A stretch of DNA of 64,000 nt from assembly GCF_030028105.1 (NCBI RefSeq), contig NC_092374.1, positions 90,176,491 through 90,240,490 of the forward strand. Reading direction: 5' to 3'. Under the pieces are notes generated by a model that saw only the letters and a program-made list of their open reading frames with translations, was not told the origin of the DNA and did no database searches. Of this stretch, positions 27,050-38,400 are shown piece by piece. This DNA comes from Mobula birostris. Its lineage: Eukaryota. How positions within the stretch are numbered: the first letter of the stretch is position 1; every line of letters starts with the position of its first letter. The translations under genes and the position numbers were made by a program.

Positions 27050-28050
27050 CAGACCACAGTACGTGTGCTTGCAACACTGTGTGTCCGACAGAGTGATCAG
27101 CAGCACTGGGGCTCCACAGGGGCCTGTATTGTCTCCCTTTCTCTTCACCATTTATACCTCGGACTTCAACTACTGCACAGAGTCTTGTCATCTTCAGAAG
27201 TTTTCTGATGACTCTGCCATAGTTGGATGCATCAGCAAGGGAGATGAGACTGAGTACAGGGCTACGGTAGGAAACTTTGTCACATGGTGTGAGCAGAATT
27301 ATCTGCAGCTTAATGTGAAAAAGACTAAGGAGCTGGTGGTAGACCTGAGGAGAGCTAAGGCACCGGTGACCCCTGTTTCCATCCAGGGGGTCAGTGTGGA
27401 CATGGTGGAGGTTACAAATACCTGGGGATACGAATTGACAATAAACTGGACTGGTCAAAGAACACTGAGGCGGTCTACAAGAAGGGTCAGAGCCATCTCT
27501 ACTTCCTGAGGAGACTGAGGTCCTTTATCATCTGTCGGACGATGCTGAGGATGTTCTACGAGTCTGTGGTGGCCAGTGGGATCATGTTTGCTGTTGTGTG
27601 CTGGGGCAGCAGACTGAGGGTAGCAGACACCAACAGAATCAACAAACTCATTCGTAAGGCCAGTGATGTTGTGGGGATGGAACTGGACTCTCTGACGGTG
27701 GTGTCTGAAAAGAGGATGCTGTCCAAGTTGCATGCCATCTTGGACAATGTCTCCTGTCCACTAGATAATGTACTGGCTGGGCACAGGAGTACATTCAGCC
27801 AGAGACTCATTCCACCGAGATGCAGCACAGAGCGTCATAGGAAGTCATTCCTGCCTGTGGCCATCAAACTTTACAACTCCTCCCTTGGAGGGTCAGACAC
27901 CCTGAGCCAATAGGCTGGTCCTGGACTTATTTCCTGGCATAATTTACATATAACTATTTAATTATTTATGGTTTTATTACTATAATTATTTATGGTGCAA
28001 CTGTAACGAAAACCAATTTCCCCCAGGATCAATAAAGTATGACTGTGACT
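27050..28050 (+). mobile_element. 5'-truncated Rex1/Babar LINE, second family
   Basis: Encodes STGAPQGPVLSPFLFTIYTSDF...KFSDDSAIVGCI...KTKELVVDLRR; tail aataaagtatgactgtgactatga. Confidence 0.85.
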
Positions 28051-28056
28051 ATGACT

Positions 28057-28890
28057 TACCGGTGTCTGTCAGTCCCTCTCTCTCAGGGGATATCTGTACA
28101 CTTAGCGGTGTCTCTCAGTCCCTCTCTCTGAGGGATATCTGTACACTGACCGGTGTCTCTCAGGCCCTCTCTCTCAGGGATATCTGTACACTGACCGGTG
28201 TCTCTCAGTCCTTCTTTCTCAGGGATATCTGTACACTGACCCGGTGTCTCTCAGTCCCTCTCTCTCAGGAGGTATCTGTACACTGACCGGTGTCTCTCAG
28301 TCCTTCTCTGTCAGGGATATCTGTACACTGACCCGGTGTCTCTCAGTCCCTCTCTCTCAGGAGGTATCTGTACACTGACCGGTGTCTCTCAGTCCTTCTC
28401 TGTCAGGCGATATCTGTACACTGACCGGTGTCTCTCAATCCCTCTCTCTCAGGGATATCTGTACACTGACCGGTGTCTCTCAGTCCCTCTCACTCAGCGA
28501 TATCTGTACACTGACCGGTGTCTCTCAATCCCTCTCTGTCAGGGATATCTGTACACTGACTGGTGTCTCTCAGTCCCTCTCTGTCAGGGATATCTGTACA
28601 CTGACCGGTGTCTCTCAGTCCCTCTCTGTCAGGGATATCTGTACACTGACCGGTGTCTCTCAGTCCCTCTCTGTCAGGGATATCTGTACACTGACCGGTG
28701 TCTGTCAGTCCCTCTCTGTCAGGGATAGCTGTACACTGACCGGTGTCTCTCAATCCCTCTCTGTCAGGGATATCTGTACACTGACCGGTGTCTCTCAGTC
28801 CCTCTCTGTCAGGGATATCTGTACACTGACCGGTGTCTCTCAGTCCCTCTCTGTCAGGGATATCTGTACACTGACTGGTGTCTCTCAATC
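28057..28890. repeat. 45-bp minisatellite, about 18 copies
   Basis: Unit atctgtacactgaccggtgtctctcagtccctctctgtcagggat; tatctgtaca recurs at 28501, 28681 and 28861 (4x45 spacing). Confidence 0.95.
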
Positions 28891-29313
28891 CCGCTCTCCC
28901 TTTGTCCAATTGTACATCTGCATCTCTTACCCACTTGTTTTGGTGTCCCAGAGTGAAGGAGCAAGAGGCACCATGCAAGTTGTTGTTTTACCCAAGGCTC
29001 TGGTCCCCGGCTGTTTGCTGCCGGTTCAGTTCTGAGAGCGCAGGCCGATGTGAGCCAGTGATGCCAAGTCTGTTCTATTGTGTTTTTGAGTGGTTGGGCA
29101 GGGGGCACAGTGGGATGGAGAGCAGCCCATCTCTGTGCCCAGCCAGTACATCGTGGGCAATGGGTCCTGTTTCTTCTGTTTTGTCATGTTTAGTGTGTGT
29201 GGTGTGCGGTAAAGTGCTTGTGAGTGATATGTATACATGTTTGAGTAACTGTGCTTGTTAATATATTGACTAATTCAGATTGTGAAGACAGATATCCTGG
29301 TGACATGAAAGGG

Positions 29314-29445
29314 CTACTGAGTCTCAGCCCTGAATTTAACATCTACGTAGAGACATTTCTCTTCTGAACAGGCGACGCTTCTGACTGCTTTTGGCCTTCC
29401 CTTGGCTTGTACGACTGAGTAGATGATCCCCTCCGGACTCTCGCC
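29314..29445 (-). CDS. Terminal coding exon with tandem ITIM-type motifs
   Basis: Acceptor ctgtacctctcttgcag, phase 0. Encodes [15 protein letters not shown]...[16 protein letters not shown]; IIYSVV fits I/V/L/S-x-Y-x-x-L/V. Confidence 0.85.
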   Translation of the reverse strand, partial: GESPEGIIYSVVQAKGRPKAVRSVACSEEKCLYVDVKFRAETQ

Positions 29446-32400
29446 CTGCAAGAGAGGTACAGGGCAGCACAGGAGAATGAGCAGAGCTCTTCTCAAGGGG
29501 AAGGAGATAATCAAAGAGTTGGTGAGGCAGGTCGAGACAGCCAGTGATCCCTAGTCAGCACAGTGGTGTGATAATTAGAGTCGCTGCCTTATAGCTCCAG
29601 AGAGAGAGCGTGTGTGTGTGAGTGTGCAAGTGTGAGCGCAAGTTTGCACATGTGTTTGTGTGTGTGTGTGTGGGGGGGGGGGGTGGGTGGTTTTGCACAT
29701 TCTCCCCGTGACCGCCTCGGTTGCCGAGGTTTCCTCCACATCCCCACCATGTGCAGGGCTGGTGGGTTAACTGGCCACTGCAAATTGCTTCTTCGTGCTT
29801 AGGTGAGGGGTAGAATCTCAGGGTGCAGGGAGTTGCTGTAGGTCAGTGAGCACAGAGGAGAGAAACGGTTTAAGCTTAGCAATGGAACTGATGAAAATTG
29901 TTCTGAGTCGGCATAAGCTCGAAGGGCCAAATGGCCTCCAGATGTCGTGAGGGGTTATAAAGAAAGATATTAGACTATAAGATTATTAGACATTGGAGCA
30001 GAATTATGCCCACTGAGTCTGCTCTGCAGTTTCATTATGACTGATCCATTTCCCTCTCAAGCCCATAACCTTTCACACCCTGACTAATCAAGAAACTGTC
30101 ACTCACAACACGCTGGAGGAACTGAGCACAGGCCCAGGGCCATCAAACGCTCCTCATATATTAAGGCGTTCAATTGCAGGAATAATTTTCAAGGACCTTC
30201 TTTGAACCCTCTCCAACGTCAGCACATCTTTTCTTAGTGCCCAAAACTTCTCAAGTGAGGTCTCACCTCTGTCTTATGAAGCCTCAGCATTACATTCTTG
30301 TTTTTATATTTAGCTGTCTCAAAATGAATACTAACATTGCATTTGTCTTCCTCACCACTTACTCAGCCTGCAAGTAAACATTTAGGAAATCCTACACAAG
30401 GACTCCCAAGTCCCTTTGTAGCTCAGATTTTTGAATTTTCTCCCTGTTTAGAAAATAGTCTATGTTTTTATTCCTTCTACCAAAGTGCATGACCATACAC
30501 TTCTCAACAATGTATTCATGTTGCCACTTACTTGCCACTCCACCAATCTTCATATCATCTGCAAACTTTGTCACAAAGCCATCAATTCTGTCATCCAGAT
30601 CATTGACGTGTAATGGAAAAAGTAGCAGTCCCAACCCTGACCCCTGTGGAACACCACTACCCACTGGCATGTGATCATGAAAGGCTCCCTTTATTCCCAC
30701 TCTTTGCCTCCACCCAATCAGCCAATGCTCTATCCATGCTAGTATCTTTCCTGTAATACTGTGGGCTCTTATCTTGCTAAGCAGCCACATGTGTGGCCCC
30801 TTGTCAAAGGCGTTTTGAAAGTCCAAGTACGCCTAATCCAAGTATTGTTTCTCCTTTATCTATCCTGCTTGCTATTTTCTCAAAAAATTCCAACAGACTT
30901 GTCAGGCAAGATTTCCCCTTGATGAAACAATGCTGACCTGACTTCAGTCTATTTAATCATGTGCCTCCAAGTACTCCAAAGCCTCATCCTTAACAATCGA
31001 CTCCTACACCTTCCCAGCCATTGAGGTCAGACTAACTGACATATTATTTACTTTCTTCTGCTTCTCTCCTCCCTTCTTCAAGAGTGAAATGACGTTTGCA
31101 ATTTTTCGGTCCTCCAGACCCATGCTAGAGACTAGTGGTTCTTGAAAGTTCATTAATAATGCCCCCACATTCTCTTCAGCTATATATTTCAGAACCCTGG
31201 GGTTCTGCAGTCCATCTGGGTCAAGTGACTTATCTACTTTCAGACCTTTCACCTTCCCAAACATCTTCTCCCTAGTAGAACAACTGCACTCACTTCTGCC
31301 CCCGGCAGTTTTGAACTTCCAGCATACTGCTGGTGTCTTCCACATGGAAGACTGATGCAAAATATTTATTCATTTCAAAGTGAATGGGAATCAGAAATAA
31401 AGTGTTTGGCCACTGGGAAGGTCTGCTTTTGGTGGGAAGGTGAGGAGATGCTCAAAGAAATGGTCCCACAATTTTCAACAGGTCTCACTAATGCATTGGG
31501 AGTGCCAGACACAATAGACGACCCCAGCAGACACGCAAGTGAAGTTTTGCCTCAACTGGGAGGACTGTTTGGGGCCTTGAGTGGAGAGAGGAGGTGCATG
31601 GGCAGTTGTAGCATTTTGGCTGCTAGCAGGGATAAGTCCCTGGAGGGAGATTAGTGCGGAGGGACGAATGGACAAGGGAACCACTGAGGGAGTGATCCCT
31701 GCAGAAAACAGAGAATGGAGGGAGGGGAGCTAAAGCTATGTTTGGTGGCAGGATCCCTGTGGAAATGGCAGGTTGCAGAGGATGACGTGTTGGATGTGGA
31801 AGCTCATGGGGTGGTAGGTAAGGACAAGAGGAATTCTATCACTGTTAAGGCTGCAGGAAGATGGGGTGAGCGCAGATGTTCGGGAGATGGAGGAGATGCA
31901 GATGAGATCTGTCAATCCTCCAGGTTTGGGGGTTCAGCTCAGGACAAACAACCCTGAATGGTCAAAAATGCTATGGAAACAGTAATGAAGATTCCTTCTA
32001 TGTGGCCAAGGACAGACAGATGGGGGACCTTCATTGCTGCCCTAAACACCAACAGGTGTAACAGGATATTAATTAATTAGCTCCTTTAAACTTTTTCCCG
32101 CTCATCTTAAAATGTCCCCCTCTTATCTTTTTCTCACACAGAATGGAAGCAGCCTCTTTGGCCCACAACATCTGTCCTAACCCATCTAGAATCCATTTAC
32201 CAGCGCTGGGTCCAAGGCCTCGGTGACTCAAAGGCTTGTCTAGATAGAGCTTGTGAGTCTCTGCCTTCACCACGTCCCCAGGCAGTGAGCTCCAGATTCC
32301 AACCCCACCTCTGGGCAGAAAATTTCTTCCTTAGAACCCCCCTCACAATCTCTTATCCCTCACCCTAATCCAAAATCTTCTCGTATGAAACAGGTCTGCT

Positions 32401-35400
32401 TCGGAGAAAAGTTTCCCACCTGCAATCCTATCTGTGCCCTCACGATTCAATCTACGGCTGTCGGTTCCCCCTAAGCTTCAAACTGAACTTATCCAGCAAG
32501 ACTCCATTGCTGGCAGGTCTCCTCTGTGTCCTCTCCGGCACAGCCCCGTCCACTCGATAATGTGGAAGGGGTGTGAACAGATGAGGCCTAGCTAATATTT
32601 TATAGAGTTATACCGAAACCACTCAGGTCTCATTCTCTGTACCTTGACTAATGAAGGCAAGTGTTGTGTGTGCCTTCTCCACCAATTTATTTACCTGCGT
32701 TGCCACCTGCTGGCATCCTTGGTCTTGCACAGCAAGGTGTCTCCATTCCTCAGCTCTGCCATTCACCATAACTATAGGTTTATTATTGTCACATGTACTG
32801 AGATACAGAGAAAAACTTGTCTTAGAGTCATAACGCACTACAGCACAGAAGTAGGTCCTTTAGGTCCAAACTATAATTCTGCCTAATCCCATTGACCTGC
32901 ACCTGGACCATAGCCCTCTATCCTCCTCCCATCCATAAACCTATCCAAAGTTCTCTTAAATGTCACAATCAAACGTGCATCCGCCCCTTCCCCTGGCAGC
33001 TCGTTCCACGCTGTCACCGCACTCTGAGTGAAGAAGCTTCCCCTCTTGCTACCCTTGAACATACGGGCACCATGCTACTACAGCTCGAGGTGTCTGGAGT
33101 TCGGAGTTCAATTCTGTGCCGTTCTGTAAGGGGTCTCTCTACGTCCTCCTCGGGGAGTGTGGGGGTTTCGTCTAGGGTACGTTGGCTTCCTCCCACAGTC
33201 CAAAGACGTACTAGGTAGGTGAAAAGGCCATCGCAAATTGTCCCGTGATTAGGTTAGGGTTAATGGGGGGTTGCTGAGCTGGGGGGATTGAAGGGCCGAA
33301 GGGACTACTCCATGCTAAAGTAACTAAATAAAATTAAAATTAAATAAATATTTCACCTTTCACCCTTAACCCATGACCTCTAGTTCTAGACTCACCCAAC
33401 CTCAGTGGAAAAGGCCTGCTTGCCTATCGATACCCCTCATAACTTGTATGCCTCTATCAAACCTCCCCTCATTCTCCTACATTCCAGGAATAAAGTCCTG
33501 ACCTATTCAACCTTCTTGCGATAAGCCAGGTTCTCAAGTCCAGGCAACATTCTTGTGAATTTTCTCTGTACTCTTTCAATCTTATTGATACCCATCCTGC
33601 AGGAAGGTGACCAGAACTGCACACAAGACTCCAAATTAGGCCTCACAAGCTTATACAACTTCAACACAGTATCCCAACTCCCATATGCAGTACTTTGGCT
33701 GATGAAGGCCAACGCGCCAAAAGCCCTCTTTATGACCCTATCTACCAGCCTTTGAGACCTGTTCATTACACAGTGCATTGAGGTAGCTCAAAGTAAATCA
33801 ATAACAATACAGAATGCGTTAGAGGAAGTGTAGTACAAGTAGACAGGAAGGTGCAAGAGTCATGACCAAGTAGTTTGGGAGGTCAAGATGACAAGGTGCC
33901 CCATGCAAGGCTTATTGAGAAAGTAAGGAGGCATGGGATCCAAGGGGACATTGCTTTGTGGATCCAGAACTGGCTTGACCACAGAAGGCAAAGAGTGGTT
34001 GTAAACAGGTCATATTCTGCATGGAGGTCGGTCACCAGTGGTGAGCCTCAGGGATCTGTTCTGGGATCCTTACTCTTTGTGATTTTTATAAATGACCTGG
34101 ATGACGAAGTGGAGGGATGGGTTAGTAAGTTTGCTGATGACACAAAGGTGGGGGGTGTTGTGGATAGTGTGGAGGGCTGTCAGAGGTTACAGCAGGACAT
34201 TGATAGGATGCAAAACTGGGCTGAGAAGTGGCAGATGGAGTTCAACCCAGATAAGTGTGAGATGGTTCGTTTTGGTAGGTCAAATATGATGGCAGAATAT
34301 AGCATTAATGGTAAGACTCTTGGCAGTGTGGAGGATCAGAGGGATCTTGGGTCCAAGTCCATAGGACGCTCAAAGCTGCTACATAGGTTGACCCTGTGGT
34401 TAAGGTGGCATACGGTGTATTGTCCTTCATCAATCGTGGAATTGAATTTAGGAGCCAAGAGGTAATGTTGCAGCTATATAGGACCCTGGTCAGACACCAC
34501 TTGGAGTACTGTGCTCAATTCTGGTCACCTCACTACAGGAAGGATGTGGAAACCATAGAAAGGATGCAGAGGAGATTTACAAGGATGTTGCCTGGATTGG
34601 GGAGCATGCCTTGTGAGAATAGGTTGAGTGAACTCAGCCTTTTCTCCTTGGAGCGACAGAGGATGAGAGGTGACCTGATAGAGGTGTATAAGATGATGAG
34701 AGGCATTGATCATGTGGATAGTCAGAGGCTTTTTCCCAGGGCTGAAATGGCTGCCACAAGAGGGCACAGGTTTAAGCTGCTTGGGAGTAGGTACAGAGGA
34801 GATGTCAGGGGTAAGTTTATTTACACAGAGAGTGGTGAGTGCGTGGAGTGGGCTGCTGGCGACGGTGGTGGAGGCGGATACAATAGGGTCTTTTAAGAGC
34901 CTCCTGGATAGGAACATGGAGCTGAGAAAAATAGAGGGCTATGGGTAACCCTAGTAATTTCTAAGGTAGGGGCATGTTCAGCACAACTTTGTGGGCTGAA
35001 GGGCCTGTATTGTGCTGTAGACTTTTTATGTTTCTAAGGTAATGGACAAGGTTAGTCCTTATTTCAAGCGACTACACAGGTAGATACTTCTTACCTCAAA
35101 TGGACAAGGTAACAAGTGACCTACGTCTAAAATGCCGGAGGAACTCAGCAGGTAAGACAACATCTATGGATGGGAATAAATTGTTGACGTTTCAGACCAA
35201 GACCCTTCATCAGGACTGGAGAGGAATGGGTCTGAAGCCAGAGTCACCATCCTTTCCAGTCCTGATGAAAGGCCTTGGCTCAAAACATCAACACCATGGG
35301 GTGGTGCTGTAGCATAATGGTTAGCAAAATGCTTCACAGTACCAGTGGCCCGGGTTCACTTTCTCCACTACCTGTAAGGAGTTTCTACATTCTCCCCATG

Positions 35401-38400
35401 ACCATGTGGGTTTCCTCCGAGTGCTCCGGTTTCCTCCCACAGTCCAAAGATGTACCAGTAGGTAGATAAATTGGTCATTGGACCATCTGGAGGCTTCGAG
35501 AAGGATCCGAGGACACCTTGAGGGAGAAGAGTTTGTAGAAGGACGGACAAGTGTTCGGGAGGGAGGAGATTGTTATAATTTAAGGGATTGCCCAACTAGG
35601 TGAGAAGCAATACACCAGAGGAACTCAACGGGTCAGGCAGCAACTGCGGAAGGAAATGGACAGTCGTTGTATCGGGCCAAGGCCTTTCCTTGGGATTGGA
35701 AGAGAGAGGGGTGGTGGCCTGAATAAATAAGTGGGGGGTGGGGAGAGAAAGGGATGGAACAAGAGCTGGTAGGTGATGGGTGGATCCAGATAGGAGAAGG
35801 TTAGACAGATGAGTGAGAATAACTGCAGTTCCCTTCCCTATACAGCTCCACTCTGCCATCCCTATCTCCCTCACTTGGTTCCATGCCCCACCTTCCTCTC
35901 CTATTGAATCCCAACATCTTCAGTCCTTTGTCACCTTACCTCCCAGCATCTGCCTCTATACCCACTCTCCCTCACCATCACCTGCCAGCTATTGCTCTGT
36001 CTCTTCCCTCCACCTCTTTGTACCGGCTATCTCCCTGGTTTCTTTCCATTCAGATAAAAAGTCTCAGCCCAAAAGATCGACATCCTGACCTGCTGGATTC
36101 CTCCAACACCTTGCATGTTGGTCAGATTTCAGCATCTGCAGTCACTCGTGTCTCCATTTGGTTCTGCTAGGAGCCAGTTCAGACTCAAGGGGCAGAATGG
36201 CCTTGTTCTCACCACATTCAATGGTTAAAATAATCATCATGTTCCCTGATTCTAGTCTGGGTCTGTAGGTTATCACCCAGGGATATAATAAGTTTACTTG
36301 TGTTCTCAGCTTAACCAGCCAAGAAAGGTATCTTACCTCAGCAGCAATGATGTTAGGCATGTCATAATTCTGAGGCGACCCAGAGGCATCTGAAATATAG
36401 TCACAGAAAACCTATTAGAAACTCATTCTACCATTCACATCCTCCAAATGAATCACATCCAAATGAATCTTGCTCATTCTCCCTGTGACTGCATGAGTTT
36501 CCCTCATGTGTACTAGCCAGCAGGCCGTGACTTCTGAATTTCCAATTTGACCCCCTGGCCTCAATCCTCAGACTTGACCCAGGACAGACCAATTACTAAA
36601 AATTGTGCCTCAAACTCTGGACTGGCCAATGTTGGGAACTTTTACACTGAGCCATGAACTCAGGTCACACCAATTTACTACCCCAGGGTTTCATTAGATC
36701 TCGTTCTTCCTGCCCACACAGAAATCCAACTCCAGAACACACACCGACAACTTGCTGACTCAGGGGGATGGGGGTGGGGGGTGGGCACTAGCCCTTATAC
36801 ACGTCTGCCTGCCTGCCTGAAATCCAATCATGGATGTCCAACGTTGCCGGCCTTCAAGCATGTAGTGGATGCTTGGAATCTGGCCTGACTGCATAATCCC
36901 TTCAGATCCTCGTCCTTAAACCTTAACCTCACCCCTGACTGTCCTCTGTTCCCCAAATCCTTAAAAGCAACCAAGTATGAACTGTGAAACTGACGGAGAC
37001 TAGCTTGGCGCCATCTGGGAAAAGAAAGGTGTTGGTATCAGAGGTGTACGAGTGGATGAGCTGAACACAGGACCAAAGGTTGACAGCCCAGTGCAGGAGC
37101 GAGGGAAGCCTACACTGTTGAGTGTACTACTCAGGGGAAAGGTGCAGTTCAAAGTCCTGGGTGGTGTTCGAGGTATCCTCTTGCAGCATTTCATAGAGCT
37201 GACAGTTCCTGCACTGAATCTGTGTTCAATAGCAGTTCCTTTTCTTGTTCAGTTAGGCATGCATTTCAAAATGACCTTGCAATTCATGCAAGTCTATTTG
37301 TCCAAAGTTCAAAGTGAATTTGTCATTAAAGTACGTACAATATATATCATCAAATACTACCTTCAGATTCATTTCCTTGCGGGCATTCACAGTAGAGCAA
37401 AAATACAATAGAATCATTTAAAAATTGAACACAATGACTAAGCAGCAACCACTGTGCAAAAGAGAATATCATCATCATTATGATATCCTGTGTCATCTGA
37501 TGTGGGCGATCATGGTCTCTTGACCTTGATTGTTCTTGGCAAATTTTTCTACAGAAGCGGTTTACCATTGCCTTCTTGTGACCAATGTCTCTACAAGAGG
37601 AGTGACCTCAGCCATTGTCTATACTCTTCTGAGCTTGTCTGCCTGGCATTAGTGGTCATATAGCCAGGACTTGTGGTGATATGCACCAGCAGCTCATACA
37701 ATCATCGACTACCTGCTCCTGTGGCTTCACAGGATCCTGATCAGCGGTGGGGGGTGGTTGCTAAACACTTGCCCAAGAGTGACCCATTGCCTAGCAGAGG
37801 GAAGGAGCACCTTACACCTCCTTTGGTAGAGACATATTTCCATCCCACCACCCATAAAAGAAGACACCGTGCAAATACAAAATAAGAATCATAAATAAGT
37901 AAATAACACTGAGAACATGAGTTGTACAGTCCTTGAATGTGAGTCCATAGGTTTTGTTCAGTCTTGTGCTGAGTGAAGTTATCCCTGTTGATTCAGGAGC
38001 CTGATGGTTGTAGGGTAATGAATCTGGTGGTGTGCAAGGCCTGGATGTGGATATCCTTGATGATAAATGCCATATATACACACACACTCTGACTCTTGGA
38101 CTTCACCTCAGGAAAGTGTAGGTTATGAACTTTGGCAGGAAGAATAAAGGTGTAGACTATTTTAAAGCGGAGGTTGATAGGTTCTTGATTGGTAAGGGCA
38201 TCAAGGGTTATGGGGAGAAGGCAGGACAATGATGTCAAAAGGAAAGTAAATCAGCCGTGGATCGAACAGCAGAGAGCAGGCTTGAAGGGTGGAATTGTCT
38301 AATTCTGCTTCTATGCCTCATGGTTGCTTTTCTAAATAGGGACAGAATTCAGAAATTGGAGCTGCAAAGGGACTTGGGAGTTGTTGTGCAGGATTCCGTT

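Noticed and set aside
28057-29035. Long ORFs (28382-29035, 28490-28978) and a CRISPR-like periodicity
   Set aside because: This is a 45-bp minisatellite with no unique spacers; the stop-free frames are an artefact of a unit length divisible by 3.
36990-37310. Unique-looking stretch with a faint RT-like FPDGAKL ending and ORF 37052-37411
   Set aside because: The frame has multiple stops and only one weak motif, and the plus-strand ORF runs into a repeat tail; no call is supportable.
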